A DNA stretch of 64,000 bases from the NCBI GenBank assembly GCA_963743865.1, contig CAVURG010000006.1, positions 2,689,638 through 2,753,637 on the forward strand, given 5' to 3'. The translations under genes and the position numbers were made by a program. The first letter of the stretch is position 1; each line of letters opens with the position of its first letter. Shown one piece after another: positions 1 to 11,557 of the stretch. The stretch comes from an uncultured delta proteobacterium. Its GTDB lineage: Bacteria > Desulfobacterota > Binatia > Binatales > Binataceae. Below the pieces are notes generated by a model, which saw only the letters and a list, made by a program, of their open reading frames with translations, ran no database searches and was not told the origin of the DNA.

Positions 1-2
1 TG

Positions 3-1382
3 GTGGTGTCGAGTCTGAGCAGCGGCGTGTTTTCGATCTTCGGCGACGGCATGTCGCTGATCGCGTTGCTGGTGACGGCCTTCTGGCTCGACTGGCAGCT
101 CGCGATCATCGCCTTCATCGGTTTTCCGATCGTCATTCTGCCGATCGCCAGTCTGTCGAAGAAAGTTCGGCGCGAGACCAAGAATCAGCAAAAGCAATTG
201 AGCGGCTTGCAATCGCTGCTGGTTGAAACCTTCCAGGGAAATCGCGTGGTCAAGGCGTTCGGGATGGAAGATTACGAGCGCGCGCGTTTCAATCGGGAGC
301 TCAAGCGGCTGTTCCGAATTTTCATGCGGGTGGCGCGGATCAAGGCGTTTACCGGGCCGCTGGTCGAGGCGCTGGGCGCGTTTGCGGTCGTCGCGGTGGT
401 CTGGTGGGCGGTGGGATCGCTGCAAGCGGGCACGCGCACGCTGGGACAATTCGCCGGATTCTTTACGACCATGATCCTCGTGTACCGGCCGTTTAAGGCG
501 CTGGGCAAAACCAACAACAGTATTCAGCAGGGGCTGGCCGCGGCCGAACGCGTCTTCGAGATGATGGATCAACCGAGCGAGGTTCCCGACGATCCCAATG
601 GAATCGAGCTGCAGCCCGGCCCGCACAGCGTCGCGTTCGAGAACGTCAGTTTCCGCTACGGCGACGAATGGGTGCTGCACGATATCAACCTGGAGATCGG
701 GGTTGGCAAAGTCGTGGCGCTGGTCGGAATGAGCGGCGGCGGCAAATCCACGATGGCGGATTTGATTCCGCGCTTTTACGACGTACAGCAGGGACGCGTC
801 ATGGTTGACGGAATCGACATACGCAAGCTGCGGCTTAAGTCGCTGCGCGCGGAAATCGGTCTGGTCACGCAGAGCACGTTTCTGTTCGACGACACGATTC
901 GCGCCAATATCGCTTACGGCAGCAGCGACAAGCATCTCGAGCGCGTAATCGCGGCCGCCAAGCTCGCCAACGCTCACGACTTCATCACGCGGCTGCCCAA
1001 CGGTTACGAGACGATGGTGGGCGAACTGGGCGTGCGCATGTCGGGCGGAGAACGGCAGCGAATCGCGATCGCGCGGGCGCTGCTCAAAGACGCGCCGATT
1101 CTGATCCTCGACGAGGCAACCTCCTCGCTGGACTCCGCCGCCGAGCGCTCGGTGCAGGAAGCGCTCGAGCATCTGATGGCAAACCGCACGACGCTGGTGA
1201 TAGCGCATCGGCTGTCCACGGTGCGCCGGGCCGACCGGATCTTCGTAGTCGTTCACGGCCGGATAGTCGAAGATGGAACGCACGACGAATTGTTTGCGCG
1301 CGGGCAGGAGTACCGAAAGCTCTACGACCTTCAATTCATGTCCCCCGAAGATCTGGCCGGCAACGGCGGTCTCGTCAACTGA
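3..1382 (+). CDS. msbA: ABC transporter ATP-binding/permease, MsbA-like lipid A exporter (5' partial)
   Basis: ORF runs off the window start. C-terminal NBD has Walker A GMSGGGKST, ABC signature MSGGERQR and Walker B ILILDEAT. Lies directly upstream of kdtA/lpxK. Confidence 0.8.
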   Translation: MVSSLSSGVFSIFGDGMSLIALLVTAFWLDWQLAIIAFIGFPIVILPIASLSKKVRRETKNQQKQLSGLQSLLVETFQGNRVVKAFGMEDYERARFNRELKRLFRIFMRVARIKAFTGPLVEALGAFAVVAVVWWAVGSLQAGTRTLGQFAGFFTTMILVYRPFKALGKTNNSIQQGLAAAERVFEMMDQPSEVPDDPNGIELQPGPHSVAFENVSFRYGDEWVLHDINLEIGVGKVVALVGMSGGGKSTMADLIPRFYDVQQGRVMVDGIDIRKLRLKSLRAEIGLVTQSTFLFDDTIRANIAYGSSDKHLERVIAAAKLANAHDFITRLPNGYETMVGELGVRMSGGERQRIAIARALLKDAPILILDEATSSLDSAAERSVQEALEHLMANRTTLVIAHRLSTVRRADRIFVVVHGRIVEDGTHDELFARGQEYRKLYDLQFMSPEDLAGNGGLVN

Positions 1383-1435
1383 TACTTACTGATCGTAAAT
1401 TCGACTCGTCAGGTGTGCGGATCGACGAGGCTTCG

Positions 1436-2704
1436 ATGTTAAGCGCGCTGTACAATTTGTTGTGGTATCCGGCGCTGCCGTTTGCGCTGCTGGCCGCGCA
1501 TCCGGCAAACCTGCGGGACTATCGCGAGCGGATGGGGCACGGCGATTTTCCGGATACCGCGGGCGCGCCGCGAATCTGGATTCATGCGGCCTCGGTCGGC
1601 GAGATCGAAGCGATTCGGCCGGTCGCCAACGGTCTGCTCGAACACTATCCGGGCGCGGTCATGGCAATCACCGCGATGACGGCGGCGGGACGTGAGGCGG
1701 CCAGGCGCCGAATCCCGGGTGCGGCGGCGTGGATGCTTGCGCCGCTGGACAATCGGCGCGCGGTGCGATCCTTTCTGGAGCGGGTGCAGCCGAGCGTGGT
1801 GCTGATCACCGAGACTGAAATCTGGCCGAACTACTTCATCGAATCCGCGCGGACGGGCGCGACGATCGCGGTGGTCAACGGCCGGATGTCGGAGCGATCG
1901 TTGCGTCGTTACCTGCGCGCGCGCGGCCTGTTTGAAGATGCGCTCGGCCAGGCAACCTTGATTCTGACGCAGAGCCGCGAAGACGCGCGGCGTTACGCGA
2001 AGTTCGATCTCGCGGCAAAAGTGGTAGTCACCGGCAACACCAAAATCGAAGCGGCGCAGGCGCAGATGGCGAATGAAGAACCAATTCGTCCTGAGCTGAT
2101 GGCGTTTGCACCCGGGCGGAAAATTTTTATCGCGGGATCGACGGCGGCCGGCGAGGACGCCGTGATTGCGGGCGCCTACCGCGAACTGCGCAAGGACTTT
2201 CCGCAGCTCGCGCTGACGATAGCGCCGCGTCATCTCGAGCGCACGCCGGAGATCGAAAAGGCGCTGCATGCGGCCTCGCTCGATTACGTGAAAGCGTCGG
2301 AACTCAATTCACCGGGCGCGGCGCGCGACGCGGACGTTTTGATCCTCGACACCATGGGCGAGCTGCGCAGCTTCTATCGGCGCGGATCGATCGCGTTCGT
2401 CGGCGGCAGCCTCGCGCCGGGACGCGGCGGGCAAAACCCGGCCGAGCCCGCGTTGGCCGAGGTCCCGGTCCTGATCGGTCCGTATCACGAGAACCAGCAG
2501 CAGATAGTGTCGTCGCTGGTCAGTTCCGGCGGCGCACGAATCGTCAAAAACGCGAGCGACATAATCAGCGAAACTTCGCAATGGCTCGCCGACGATGAGG
2601 CGCGACAACAGGCAGGCCAACGCGCGCGCGCTGCGGTGAGCCGTTCGTCGGGCGGCGCGCGGTTCGCCTTGAAGCAGCTCGAAGGGCTCATTAGTCTCGG
2701 CTGA
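1436..2704 (+). CDS. kdtA: 3-deoxy-D-manno-octulosonic acid (Kdo) transferase
   Basis: N-terminus MLSALYNLLWYP... and the IWIHAASVGE motif are typical of KdtA/WaaA. The ORF track starts at 1415; the internal Met at 1436 matches KdtA N-termini better. Confidence 0.8.
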   Translation: MLSALYNLLWYPALPFALLAAHPANLRDYRERMGHGDFPDTAGAPRIWIHAASVGEIEAIRPVANGLLEHYPGAVMAITAMTAAGREAARRRIPGAAAWMLAPLDNRRAVRSFLERVQPSVVLITETEIWPNYFIESARTGATIAVVNGRMSERSLRRYLRARGLFEDALGQATLILTQSREDARRYAKFDLAAKVVVTGNTKIEAAQAQMANEEPIRPELMAFAPGRKIFIAGSTAAGEDAVIAGAYRELRKDFPQLALTIAPRHLERTPEIEKALHAASLDYVKASELNSPGAARDADVLILDTMGELRSFYRRGSIAFVGGSLAPGRGGQNPAEPALAEVPVLIGPYHENQQQIVSSLVSSGGARIVKNASDIISETSQWLADDEARQQAGQRARAAVSRSSGGARFALKQLEGLISLG

Positions 2705-2707
2705 CCG

Positions 2708-3830
2708 ATGCCCTCAAACGAGCCGAGTCCGAATCGCCCACGAATCGAGCGATTGTGGCGGCGGGATCTTCCCGCTCCACTTCTTCCAATTTGGGCCGGG
2801 CTCGCGGTTGCGGCGGGATTCTACCGAGTCGGCGTGGCCGCACGTCATCTGTACTGGCGGATGATGAAACGGCGGGCGCCAGTGATGACGGTGAGCGTGG
2901 GCAATCTGACGGTCGGCGGAAACGGCAAGACGCCGTTCACGTTGTTTCTCGCCAAGCGCTTGCAGAGCCACGGCCTGCGCGTCGGAATCGTGAGCCGGGG
3001 CTACCGACGCGCGCGATCCAAAGTGCGCGCCGAGCTGGTGGCTGACGGCGGCACGTTGAAAATCTCAGCCGGAAGACGCGGGCGACGAGCCGGCGATGAT
3101 GGCGAAGTCGTTCGCCGGTCCGATTGCGGTTGCGCGCCGGCGCCTCGACGGCGTCGAGCTGCTAAGCAAGCTCGGTCCGCTCGACGCGGTGATCCTGGAC
3201 GACGGCTTTCAGCACGTGCGCTTGAATCGCGACGTGGATCTGGTGCTGGTGAGCAATGAGCGCGGCTTCGGCAACGGCTGGCTGCTGCCGGCCGGACCGA
3301 TGCGCGAGCCGATCCGCGCGGTCGGCCGCGCAGACGCGATTATAATGATGAACTTCGGAACTGCCGCGTCGGCAATTGGACCGTCGCAGATGAAGAAGCT
3401 TTCCGCGCGCAAAATACTTCACGCGTCGGTGCGGCCGCGCGCGTTGCTGGTCACCGAGAATGGGGTGTGGCGCGAAACCCCGCTGGGGCTGGGCGGACGG
3501 CGCGTGCTGGCGGTGAGCGGTCTGGCGGATTCAAGCGCGTTCTACGCGATGCTGCGCGAACTCGACGCGGACCTGGTCGGCGTTTTCGATTATCCGGACC
3601 ATCACGCCTACACGAACGCCGACTGGCAGGCTATGGTGAATGCGATGCGCGACACCGACCTGGTCGTCACGACCGAGAAGGACCTGGTCAAGCTGGAGCG
3701 GTTTCCGTTCCCGCGCGATTCGCTATACGCTCTCAGGCTTGAAGTAACGATGGATGCGGCCGATGCGCGCGCGCTCGACGAGTTGATACTGGGTCGCATG
3801 ACCGCAGCCTCGGCGGCGGCGGATGCATAG
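2708..3830 (+). CDS. lpxK: tetraacyldisaccharide 4'-kinase, broken by a +1 frameshift near 3060
   Basis: VGNLTVGGNGKTP P-loop in frame 2 (2708..3259). The rest of LpxK (DDGFQH, LLPAGPMREP) continues in frame 3 (3096..3830). The break is at ttgaaaatctca, an A4 run, so a homopolymer indel is likely. Confidence 0.75.
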
Positions 3831-3864
3831 CGAGAGGAAAGAAAATGCCCGGAGGATTTCCGCG

Positions 3865-4035
3865 ATGGCGCTGAGTCAGGAACTGCTCGACATCCTGGCG
3901 TGCCCGAAATGCAAGGGCGACCTGCATCTCAACGACAAGCAGGACGGCCTGGTCTGCAGCGCTTGCAGACTCGAGTATCCGGTGCGCGATGACATTCCGA
4001 TCATGCTGATCGAGGAAGCCAAACCGATCGCGTGA
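3865..4035 (+). CDS. Trm112/YcaR-like small protein (UPF0434)
   Basis: LDILACPKCKG...LVC..C motif. Classic position downstream of lpxK. Start taken at the internal Met of ORF 3823..4035. Confidence 0.6.
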   Translation: MALSQELLDILACPKCKGDLHLNDKQDGLVCSACRLEYPVRDDIPIMLIEEAKPIA

Positions 4036-4070
4036 CCGCCGCGCGGCGCGCGGCCAGCCTGCCTTCCGCG

Positions 4071-5263
4071 ATGAAAACGATCGACGCCACGCGCGCCCGC
4101 CAGTTCGCATGGCTCGCGATGGGCATCTACATCGTCGGGCTCGGCATCTCGGCAACGCTTCGGACGCAGGGCGACTTCAACGTTTACTATCGCGCGGGCC
4201 GTCGCGTGCTTCACGGCCTCGCGATCTATCCGCCGGCCGACTCCGATCGGTTTCTCTACGCGCCGATCTTTGCGATCGGGTTCGCGCCGCTCGCGGCGCT
4301 GCCACGCCATGTTGCGCAATTTGTTTTCTTCACGGTCAACGCATTCTCGCTGATCGAATTGATCCTCGGCGCGGGCGTGATTCTGTTCGGCCGCGAGCGC
4401 CGAATCCCGGCCGCGCTGATCGTTGTCCCGGTGTTGCTGTCATTCCGATTCATCGACAACAACATCGAGCACGGCCAGATAAATCTTCCGACCCTGGCGT
4501 TGATCGTGTGGGCGATCATTTACGCCGACGAGTCCCGCGACGGGTGGGCGGGCCTGATGCTTGCGGCGGCGATACTGATCAAGCCGTTCGCCCTGCTGGC
4601 CGCGCTACATCTTGCGATTCGCCGGCGCTTCGCCACGCTCGGATGGGCGCTGGCGGCGGGAATCGCGCTGATCGTCGTGCCAATCGTGATCTTTGGACCG
4701 CGCGGATGGATCGATCAGACCGGCGCATACCTGAACGCGATCGTTTCGATGACGAATCGATATCGCACGATGCTCACAAACCAGTCGGCCGTGTCGGCGG
4801 TCGCGCGCCTGATGAGTCTTCGCGGCGGGGCTGACGCGGAAACGTCGTTCGGCCGCCACGATTGCCGGAATGGGACTCGAGATAATGCTCGTCGCGGCAG
4901 TGTCGCTCTGGGACGCGATGAGCGATGAGCGCCGGACACTTCGCGAGGCGGCTGGCGCTGTGCGGCTTGTTCTGCCTGATGCCCTCGTTCGCGCCGATTT
5001 CGTGGAAAAGCTACTACGCGGCGATGCTCGTGCCATACATGGCTCTGACCGCGGCGCTGTGGACCGATCGAGACGGCGGCGAGCGCCCGTTGATTTCGGT
5101 GTGGACGCTGTTCGCGCTTTCCGTGTTGCTCAATCTTGCGACGGGAAACTATTTGAACCGCATCGCGCTCTTCTACTCGGCGCATTTCCTTTCATCGTTG
5201 CTCGCGCTTGCCGCCGTGTTCGCGTTGTGGCTTCAAAGCGGGAACGAGGCGCCCCAGGCGTGA
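4071..5263 (+). CDS. DUF2029/GT87-like polytopic membrane glycosyltransferase (GT-C fold), frameshifted near 4850-4925
   Basis: Multi-TM protein with a DUF2029-like N-terminal half (FNVYYRAG, LYAPIFAIGF, IKPFALLAALHL). The C-terminal TM segments continue in other frames (4870.. and 4925..5263). Confidence 0.5.
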
Positions 5264-5278
5264 GACCGCGTTGCGCAA

Positions 5279-6004
5279 ATGAAGTGGCGCTCCGATCCGA
5301 ACTTTTCGGCGTTCAAGATCGGCCGCCGAGAGCTCGTGATTCATCGCGATATCGCCCCTCACGCCGCGGAGATCGTGCAAAAGCTCGGCGAGCTTGCGTC
5401 CGCGTCGGAAGCGGGCGCGGGAAATCGCCAGAGCGCATTTCGGCTGAATCTCGCGGGCGGGCTCGAGCTGTTCGCGCGCCGGGGACGGCGTGGCGGAATG
5501 ATTGGATCGATCCTGAGCGACGTTTACGTGGGGATCACGCCGCGCCCGTTGAATGAACTCGCCGTGACGGTTGAAGCGATGCGGCGCGGAATCCCAGTGG
5601 CGGAGCCGATGGGCGCAATGATCGAATGGATCGGTCCCGCTCTCTATCGAGGATTTTTTCTGACTCGTGCGGTGCGCGGGATGACGCTATGGGAGTTCGT
5701 GAAGACGGACGACGATCCAATCGTTCGCCGCCACGTTCTCGGGCAGGCGCGCGCAGCGATCGACACGATGCACGACAAGGGGCTCTTTCACGCCGATCTC
5801 AATCTGCACAACATCCTGGTGACGCAAGCGCGCGAGAGTTTCACCGTGATTATTATCGACCTGGACAAGGCGCGGCTGTTCGATGGGCCGTTGCCGGCGG
5901 CGATGCGCCGGGCGAATGCGGCACGCTTGATACGGTCGGCGCGCAAGCTCGATCCGTCGGGGCAATATATCGACGCGTCCGCGCTGTCGATTCTGCAGGG
6001 GTGA
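5279..6004 (+). CDS. Kdo/WaaP-family lipopolysaccharide kinase (KdkA-like)
   Basis: FHADLNLHNILV catalytic motif and IIDLDKA; protein-kinase-like fold of PF06293. Confidence 0.65.
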   Translation: MKWRSDPNFSAFKIGRRELVIHRDIAPHAAEIVQKLGELASASEAGAGNRQSAFRLNLAGGLELFARRGRRGGMIGSILSDVYVGITPRPLNELAVTVEAMRRGIPVAEPMGAMIEWIGPALYRGFFLTRAVRGMTLWEFVKTDDDPIVRRHVLGQARAAIDTMHDKGLFHADLNLHNILVTQARESFTVIIIDLDKARLFDGPLPAAMRRANAARLIRSARKLDPSGQYIDASALSILQG

Positions 6005-6211
6005 CCGCGCGCGACAGAAGAATCACCTGCGCGGTGGGCGGCAGGGGCTGCGGCCCCTGCACCCGCAGTGACAAGACGTGAAAATCTGCGCAGCGCATCT
6101 TTTCGCGACTCCGCGATAAAAGAGCCAACGAGCGCGCGCGACAACGGAGCGCGGCCTTAACACTGGCTACCCGTGCCAACGGGCGGGCGCGCGATTCACT
6201 TTTTCACTTTT
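6005..6211. repeat. composite palindromic intergenic repeat, copy 1
   Basis: Contains GGCAGGGGCTGCGGCCCCTGCACCC hairpin, GAAAATCTGCGCAGCGCATCTTTTCGCGACT (about 90% identical to 44880-44930), GGCCTTAACACTGG, CCAACGG and the reverse complement of GTGAAAAGTGAAAAG. Confidence 0.7.
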
Positions 6212-6595
6212 TCAGTCGCGTTTGAGCGCGATCGCTTCGATCTCGATTCGCGCGTGGCGCGGCAGCGCCGCCACCTGCACGGTCGAGCGCGCCGGATAGG
6301 GCGGATCGAAATGCTCTGCGTACACACGGTTGACGATTTCAAACTCGGCGAGATCGATCATGAAGATGGTGGTCTTGACCACATCGACGAAATCCAGTCC
6401 CGCCGCCGCGAGCACTCCGCCGAGGTTCTGGAGCGCGCGCCGGGTCTCGAATTCGATCCCGCCTTCGACCAGAGCGCCCGACGCCGGGTCCAGACCGACC
6501 TGCCCCGAGCAGAAGACCAAGCCGTGTTGCTCGACCGCCTGCGAATAGGGACCGATCGCGGCCGGCGCCTGAGTGGTGTGAATCGAGGTTTTCAT
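6212..6595 (-). CDS. ridA: RidA family reactive enamine/imine deaminase (YjgF/L-PSP)
   Basis: 127 aa with TTQAPAAIGPYSQA N-terminus and ARSTVQVAALP C-terminal motif. Confidence 0.85.
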   Translation of the reverse strand: MKTSIHTTQAPAAIGPYSQAVEQHGLVFCSGQVGLDPASGALVEGGIEFETRRALQNLGGVLAAAGLDFVDVVKTTIFMIDLAEFEIVNRVYAEHFDPPYPARSTVQVAALPRHARIEIEAIALKRD

Positions 6596-6602
6596 TTTTT
6601 CA

Positions 6603-8817
6603 TCAATGGCGAATGCCGTTTTGCTGGCCGAGGCGCGACACGCGCATGACGCCGTCGATCGCGCCGATCGAGTTCATCAGGTTGTTCAATTGACGGGCGC
6701 TGGAGACGCTGACCTCGAAGACCGCCAGCGCGCGTCCGTCGGCGCCGTGAGTCTTCACTTCGGCGGTCGATATATTCACGCCCGCCGAGGCGATCGCCTT
6801 GGTCATCGCGGCGAGCAAGCCCGGCTGATCGGCGCATAGGACTTCGAGCCGAATCGGGCGCGGCGCTTCCTCGCCGTCCTTCCATACTACGGGCACGCGC
6901 CGATCCGGATCGGTGTTGAGCGCATGGGCGCATCCCGCGACGTGGACCGTAACCCCGCGTCCGCGCGTGATGAAGCCGGTGATCGCCTCGCCCGGGAGCG
7001 GATTGCAGCATCGCGCGAATCGCACCAGCATGTCGCCGACGCCCGAGACCACGACCGCACCGCTGGCGGATTTGCGCGCTTCCTTGGCGGCGCGTTCTCT
7101 TTGCGCGGGTCCCAGCGGCGTGGGTAATTTCTCGGGACGATAGAGTTTCAGCTCGGCGGGCGTCAGCAGTTTCGCGAGCAACTGCGCAGGCGTGATTATT
7201 CCGTAGCCGACCGCGGCGAGCAGGCTTTCGACGTCGCGCTGCGAGAATTCCGCCAGCACTGCGTCGAGACGCTTGCTCGATCTAAGCTGCGTGACGCTGA
7301 GCTTGACGGGTTCGAGCTCGCGATCGAGCAGCGATATTCCGAGATCGCGGGAGCGTTCCGCCTGTTGACTGCGCAGCCATTGACGGATGCGCGATTTCGC
7401 ACGCGCGGTGGCCGCGTAGTTGGTCCAATCCTTGCCCGGCACCTGCTTTTCGGAGGTCAGCACCTCGACCGTATCGCCCGATCGAAGCCGGTAGCGCAGC
7501 GGCACCATGCGTCCGTTGACGCGCGCGCCGGCGAGATGGTTGCCGACCTGGGAGTGGATTCGGTAGGCGAAGTCGATCACGGTCGAGCCGAGCGGAAAAT
7601 CGAAGACGTCGCCCTTGGGGGTGAAGACGAAGACTTCCTCGGGAAACAGATCGTCCTTGACGGTGGAGAGAAATTCCTGGGGGTCCTTGAGATTCTGCTG
7701 CCATTCGATCAGCCGCCGCAGCCATGCAAAGCGCTCGGTCTCCTTGAGCTCCCTGGAGTTGCCGTCCTTGTAGCTCCAGTGCGCCGCGATTCCTTCCTCG
7801 GCCACCTTGTGCATCTCGCGGGTACGAATCTGCACTTCCATCCGCTGGCCGCGCGGACCGATCACGGTGGTGTGCAGCGACTGGTACATGTTGGCCTTGG
7901 GCAGCGCGATGTAATCCTTGAAGCGGCCGGGGACCGGCTTCCAATTGGCGTGCACGACGCCGAGCGCCTCGTAACATTCGCGCACCGAGTCCACGATGAT
8001 GCGGAACGCGACCAGGTCGTAGATTTCCTCGAAGCTGAGCCCCATCTCCTGCATCTTGGAGTGAATCGAAAAGAAATGTTTGGGCCGGCCGGTGACCTCG
8101 GCCGTGACCCCGCTGTCGGACAGGCGGCGCGACAGGATCTCGATGACGTTGGCGATGTACTCCTCGCGCTCATTGCGTTTGGCCGCGACGAAGGCCTTCA
8201 GCGTCTGGTACGCAGTCGGATTCAGATAGCGAAACGACAGGTCCTCGAGCTCCGACTTGAGCCAGTAGATTCCGAGGCGATGAGCGATCGGCGCGTAAAT
8301 TTCCATCGTCTCGCGCGCGATCTCCTGCTGCCGGTCGGCGGCGAGATGGTCGAGCGTGCGCATATTGTGCAGACGGTCGGCGAGCTTGATCAGCACGACG
8401 CGGATGTCGTGGGCCATCGCGATGATCATCTTGCGGAAATTCTCGGCCTGCTTTTCCTCGCGGCTCTGGAAAGTGATCTTCGAGACCTTGGTCACGCCGT
8501 CGACGAGCTGCGCGACCTCGGCGCCGAAATCCGTCTGCACCTCCGCGAGCGACACGTCGCGTATCCTCGACGACGTCGTGCAGCAAGCCGGTGACGATCG
8601 AAGGCACGTCGAGCTTGAGCTGCGCGATGATCATCGCGACGTTGAGCGGATGCGTGACGTAGGGCTCGCCCGATTCGCGCTTCTGATCGAGATGCATCCG
8701 CGCCGAGTAGTCGTACGCGCGCCGGATCAGACCGATGTCGGCCTGCGGGTTGTAGGTTTGCACCCGCCCGATGAGGCCGGCGAGTTGGTCGGGAGTGCTT
8801 TGCGCTAACTCTTCCAC
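6603..8817 (-). CDS. bifunctional (p)ppGpp synthetase/hydrolase RelA/SpoT, frameshifted near 8555-8590
   Basis: N-terminal HD domain (HPLNVA..LLHDVVEDT) is in ORF 8170..8817. Synthetase, TGS and ACT domains are in ORF 6603..8555 (RIHSQVGNHLAGARVNGRMVPL, ACT at the end). Confidence 0.8.
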
Positions 8818-9449
8818 GGCGCGAATTCGCCGCGCAGGCGGCCGACCTTGAGCCGCTCCGCGTTTACGATCGTTTCGAGCCGCGCGACGGATTCATGAAG
8901 CTGGGCGTTGACTATCAGGTAGTCGTATTCGGGATAGGCCTGGGCTTCGTCGCGCGCTTTGCGAAGCCGGTGCTGAATCTTCGATTCTTCCTCGGTGGCG
9001 CGGCCGCGCAGACGCCCCTCGAGCTCGGCGAAGGTTGGTGGCAGAACGAAAATCGCGACCGCATCGCGGGGATACATTGCGCGAATCTGGCGAGCGCCCT
9101 GGATGTCGATGTCGAGCAGGATGTCGCGGCCCGAAGCGATCGCGGCGTCGAGCGGCGCGCGCGGCGTGCCGTAGGAGGATTCGAACACACGCGCCCATTC
9201 GGCGAGTTCGCCGGACGATTGCCTGCGTTTGAACTCTTGTTCGCTCACGAAGCTGTAGTCGATTCCGTCCGCCTCGCCTGCTCGCGGCGCGCGCGTGGTC
9301 AAGGATACCGAAAACTCCAGGCCCGCGATGGCCTTGAGCGACGCGCGCCAAATCGTGGTTTTGCCAGCCCCCGAAGGCGCCGAAAGGATAAAAATTATAC
9401 CGCGTCTCGGCGGCAAAGAATCACGTGATTTCAATGGTATAGAAGCCAT
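8805..9449 (-). CDS. gmk: guanylate kinase
   Basis: P-loop SAPSGAGKTT; conserved yicC-gmk-spoT order. Confidence 0.85.
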   Translation of the reverse strand: MASIPLKSRDSLPPRRGIIFILSAPSGAGKTTIWRASLKAIAGLEFSVSLTTRAPRAGEADGIDYSFVSEQEFKRRQSSGELAEWARVFESSYGTPRAPLDAAIASGRDILLDIDIQGARQIRAMYPRDAVAIFVLPPTFAELEGRLRGRATEEESKIQHRLRKARDEAQAYPEYDYLIVNAQLHESVARLETIVNAERLKVGRLRGEFAPWKS

Positions 9450-9481
9450 TAAGCGGGTGCAAAGGCCCCTTCTAGTATATC

Positions 9482-10358
9482 CTATTCGACGTTCTGGACC
9501 TGCTCGCGCATCTTTTCCGCCTCCGCCTTTACTTCAACCGTTACTTGAGAAAGGGCCGCGTTCTGCGACTTTGAACCCATCGTATTTACTTCGCGGTTGA
9601 TTTCCTGGAGCAGAAATTCAATCGACTTCCCGACCTGCCCCTTGCGCTTGAGCAGCGCCTTGAGGCCGTCGAGATGGGTGCGCAGACGCGTGATCTCTTC
9701 GCTGATATCGCCGTGCTGCGAGGCGGACGACGCCTCCTCGTAGAGGCGTTTCTCGTTGACCGGCAAGTCTGCCAGGAGTTCGCGAATCCGCTTGTGAAAA
9801 TTGTCCATTATTTCCGCGCGCGTCTGCTCGGCCAGCCGTTCAATTTTCGGGACCGCCGCTTCGATATTGCGAACCCGCGCGGCAAAATCGTTGTGCAGGC
9901 TGCGCCCTTCGCGCACCCGCTCGGCATCCAGCGCTTTCAACGCGCGAACCAAAGCCTTGTGGCCAAGCCTGAATGCCGCGCGCGAGTCGTGCTCCTCCTC
10001 GACGACGTGAAAAATTTCAGGCCGGTTGAGGATCGACCCGATGTCCGGATTGCCGTTGAGATGAAGCTGCTTGCCGAGACGGCGCAGTTCGGCGACGTAC
10101 AAATTCGCCAGCCGGTCGTTCACCTCGAGCCGCACCGGCGGAGGCTTCAGCGCAACCGACTTGATAAAAATTTCGACTCGTCCGCGCGCCACGACAGTTC
10201 TGTACGGCTTTGCGAATCTCGGCCTCATGCTCGCCCCATCCGCGCGGCACCGTCAGCTTGAGTTCGAAAAAGCGCTGGTTCAGCGCGCGCACTTCGGCAA
10301 TCACGCGAGTGCCGTCCTGCTCGGCGATAGCCCTGCCGAACCCGGTCATGCTTTTCAT
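9482..10358 (-). CDS. yicC: YicC family stress-induced protein, frameshifted near 10200
   Basis: N-terminus MKSMTGFGR in ORF 10017..10397. The DUF1732 C-terminal part, ending QVQNVE, is in ORF 9482..10228. Confidence 0.7.
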
Positions 10359-11549
10359 GTGACTCCGCCCCTCTCTTCCCGCGTTTTTCTCACACACGCG
10401 CGATAGAGCGCGAGCGTCCGCGCGGCCATCGTCGCCATCGAATAATTTTCCACGGCGCGCGCCCGCGCCGCCGCGCCCATCTGCGATCTCAGCGCGGGCG
10501 ATTCCGCCAGCCGGCCGATCGCCGACGCAATTGCTTCAGGATCCGCCGGCGGCACGATGATTCCGGTGCGATCGTGTTCGACCACTTCGCGAAGCCCGCC
10601 AACGTCGCTCGCTATCACCGGGAGCGCGCTCGCCATGGCTTCCAGAGCGGCTACGCCGAGCCCTTCCTTCAGCGACGGCATCGCGAAGGCGTCCGACGCC
10701 CACAGAAGTTCGCGCGGGTCGTCGATTCTGCCGAGCAGCTTGACGCTTTCAGCGCATCCCAGTTGCGCGATTTCGCGTTCGAGTTCTCCGCGAATCGATC
10801 CGTGACCCGCGATGAAGCATTTCAGCCTTGATCGGACGCCGCTGCCAGCGCGAGCCGCGCGACGCTTCGATGAGATAGCGATGGCCCTTGCGCGGCTCGA
10901 GCGCGCCAACCGCCGATATCACGAACTCGCCATCGGATATTCCGAGCGCGTCGCGCGCCTCGACGCGTTCGCTCAGGCAGTTGGCGGGCGGAAGCGGTCG
11001 CAATCCACGCCGCTCTGAACAACCGTGATGCGCTCGCGATCGACGCCCGCGGCCGCGAGCGAATCGGCAACGCCGCCGGAGATCGCGACCACGCCATCGA
11101 CCGCGCGATTGTACAGGTACGGCGCGAAAACGCGGTTGGGCCTGTAGTCCATCCGCCGCGTAACGACCAGCGCACGCGCGAAGCCGCGCGCAAACGGCGC
11201 CATCGAATGCGCGCGCGAGGTGTGGAAATGAACGACGTCATAGCGTTCACGTTTGAGAATCGCGCGCAGCCGGATGCCGGCCGCCAGGTCGATAGCGTTG
11301 CGGATGCGCAGCGGATGGCATCTTATGCCCGCGGCGACGGCCCGCTCCCAGAGCCGTCCCGCGGGATCGCAAATCAACTCCGCGCGATGACCGCCGCGCG
11401 GCCAGCGCGATCGTCAAGCCAAGCACCTGGGTCTCGCCGCCGGCGAAGCCGAGTTCGGGATCGACGCCGGCGATGCTCAGCGCCGGGCGCAACGGTGTTG
11501 CTATCGGGATGCACTGGATGGGGTCGTCAGGTTGAACAGTCGCATCCAT
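10355..11549 (-). CDS. GT4 (glycosyltransferase family 1-type) enzyme, at least three frameshifts
   Basis: N-terminus MDATVQPDDPI...GGETQVLGLTIALA (11549 downward), then 10973..11377 (RERYDVVHFH), 10749..11003, and a C-terminal EX7E-type region (KEGLGVAALEAMASALPVIASDVGG) in 10355..10909. Confidence 0.65.
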
Positions 11550-11557
11550 TGATCGCG

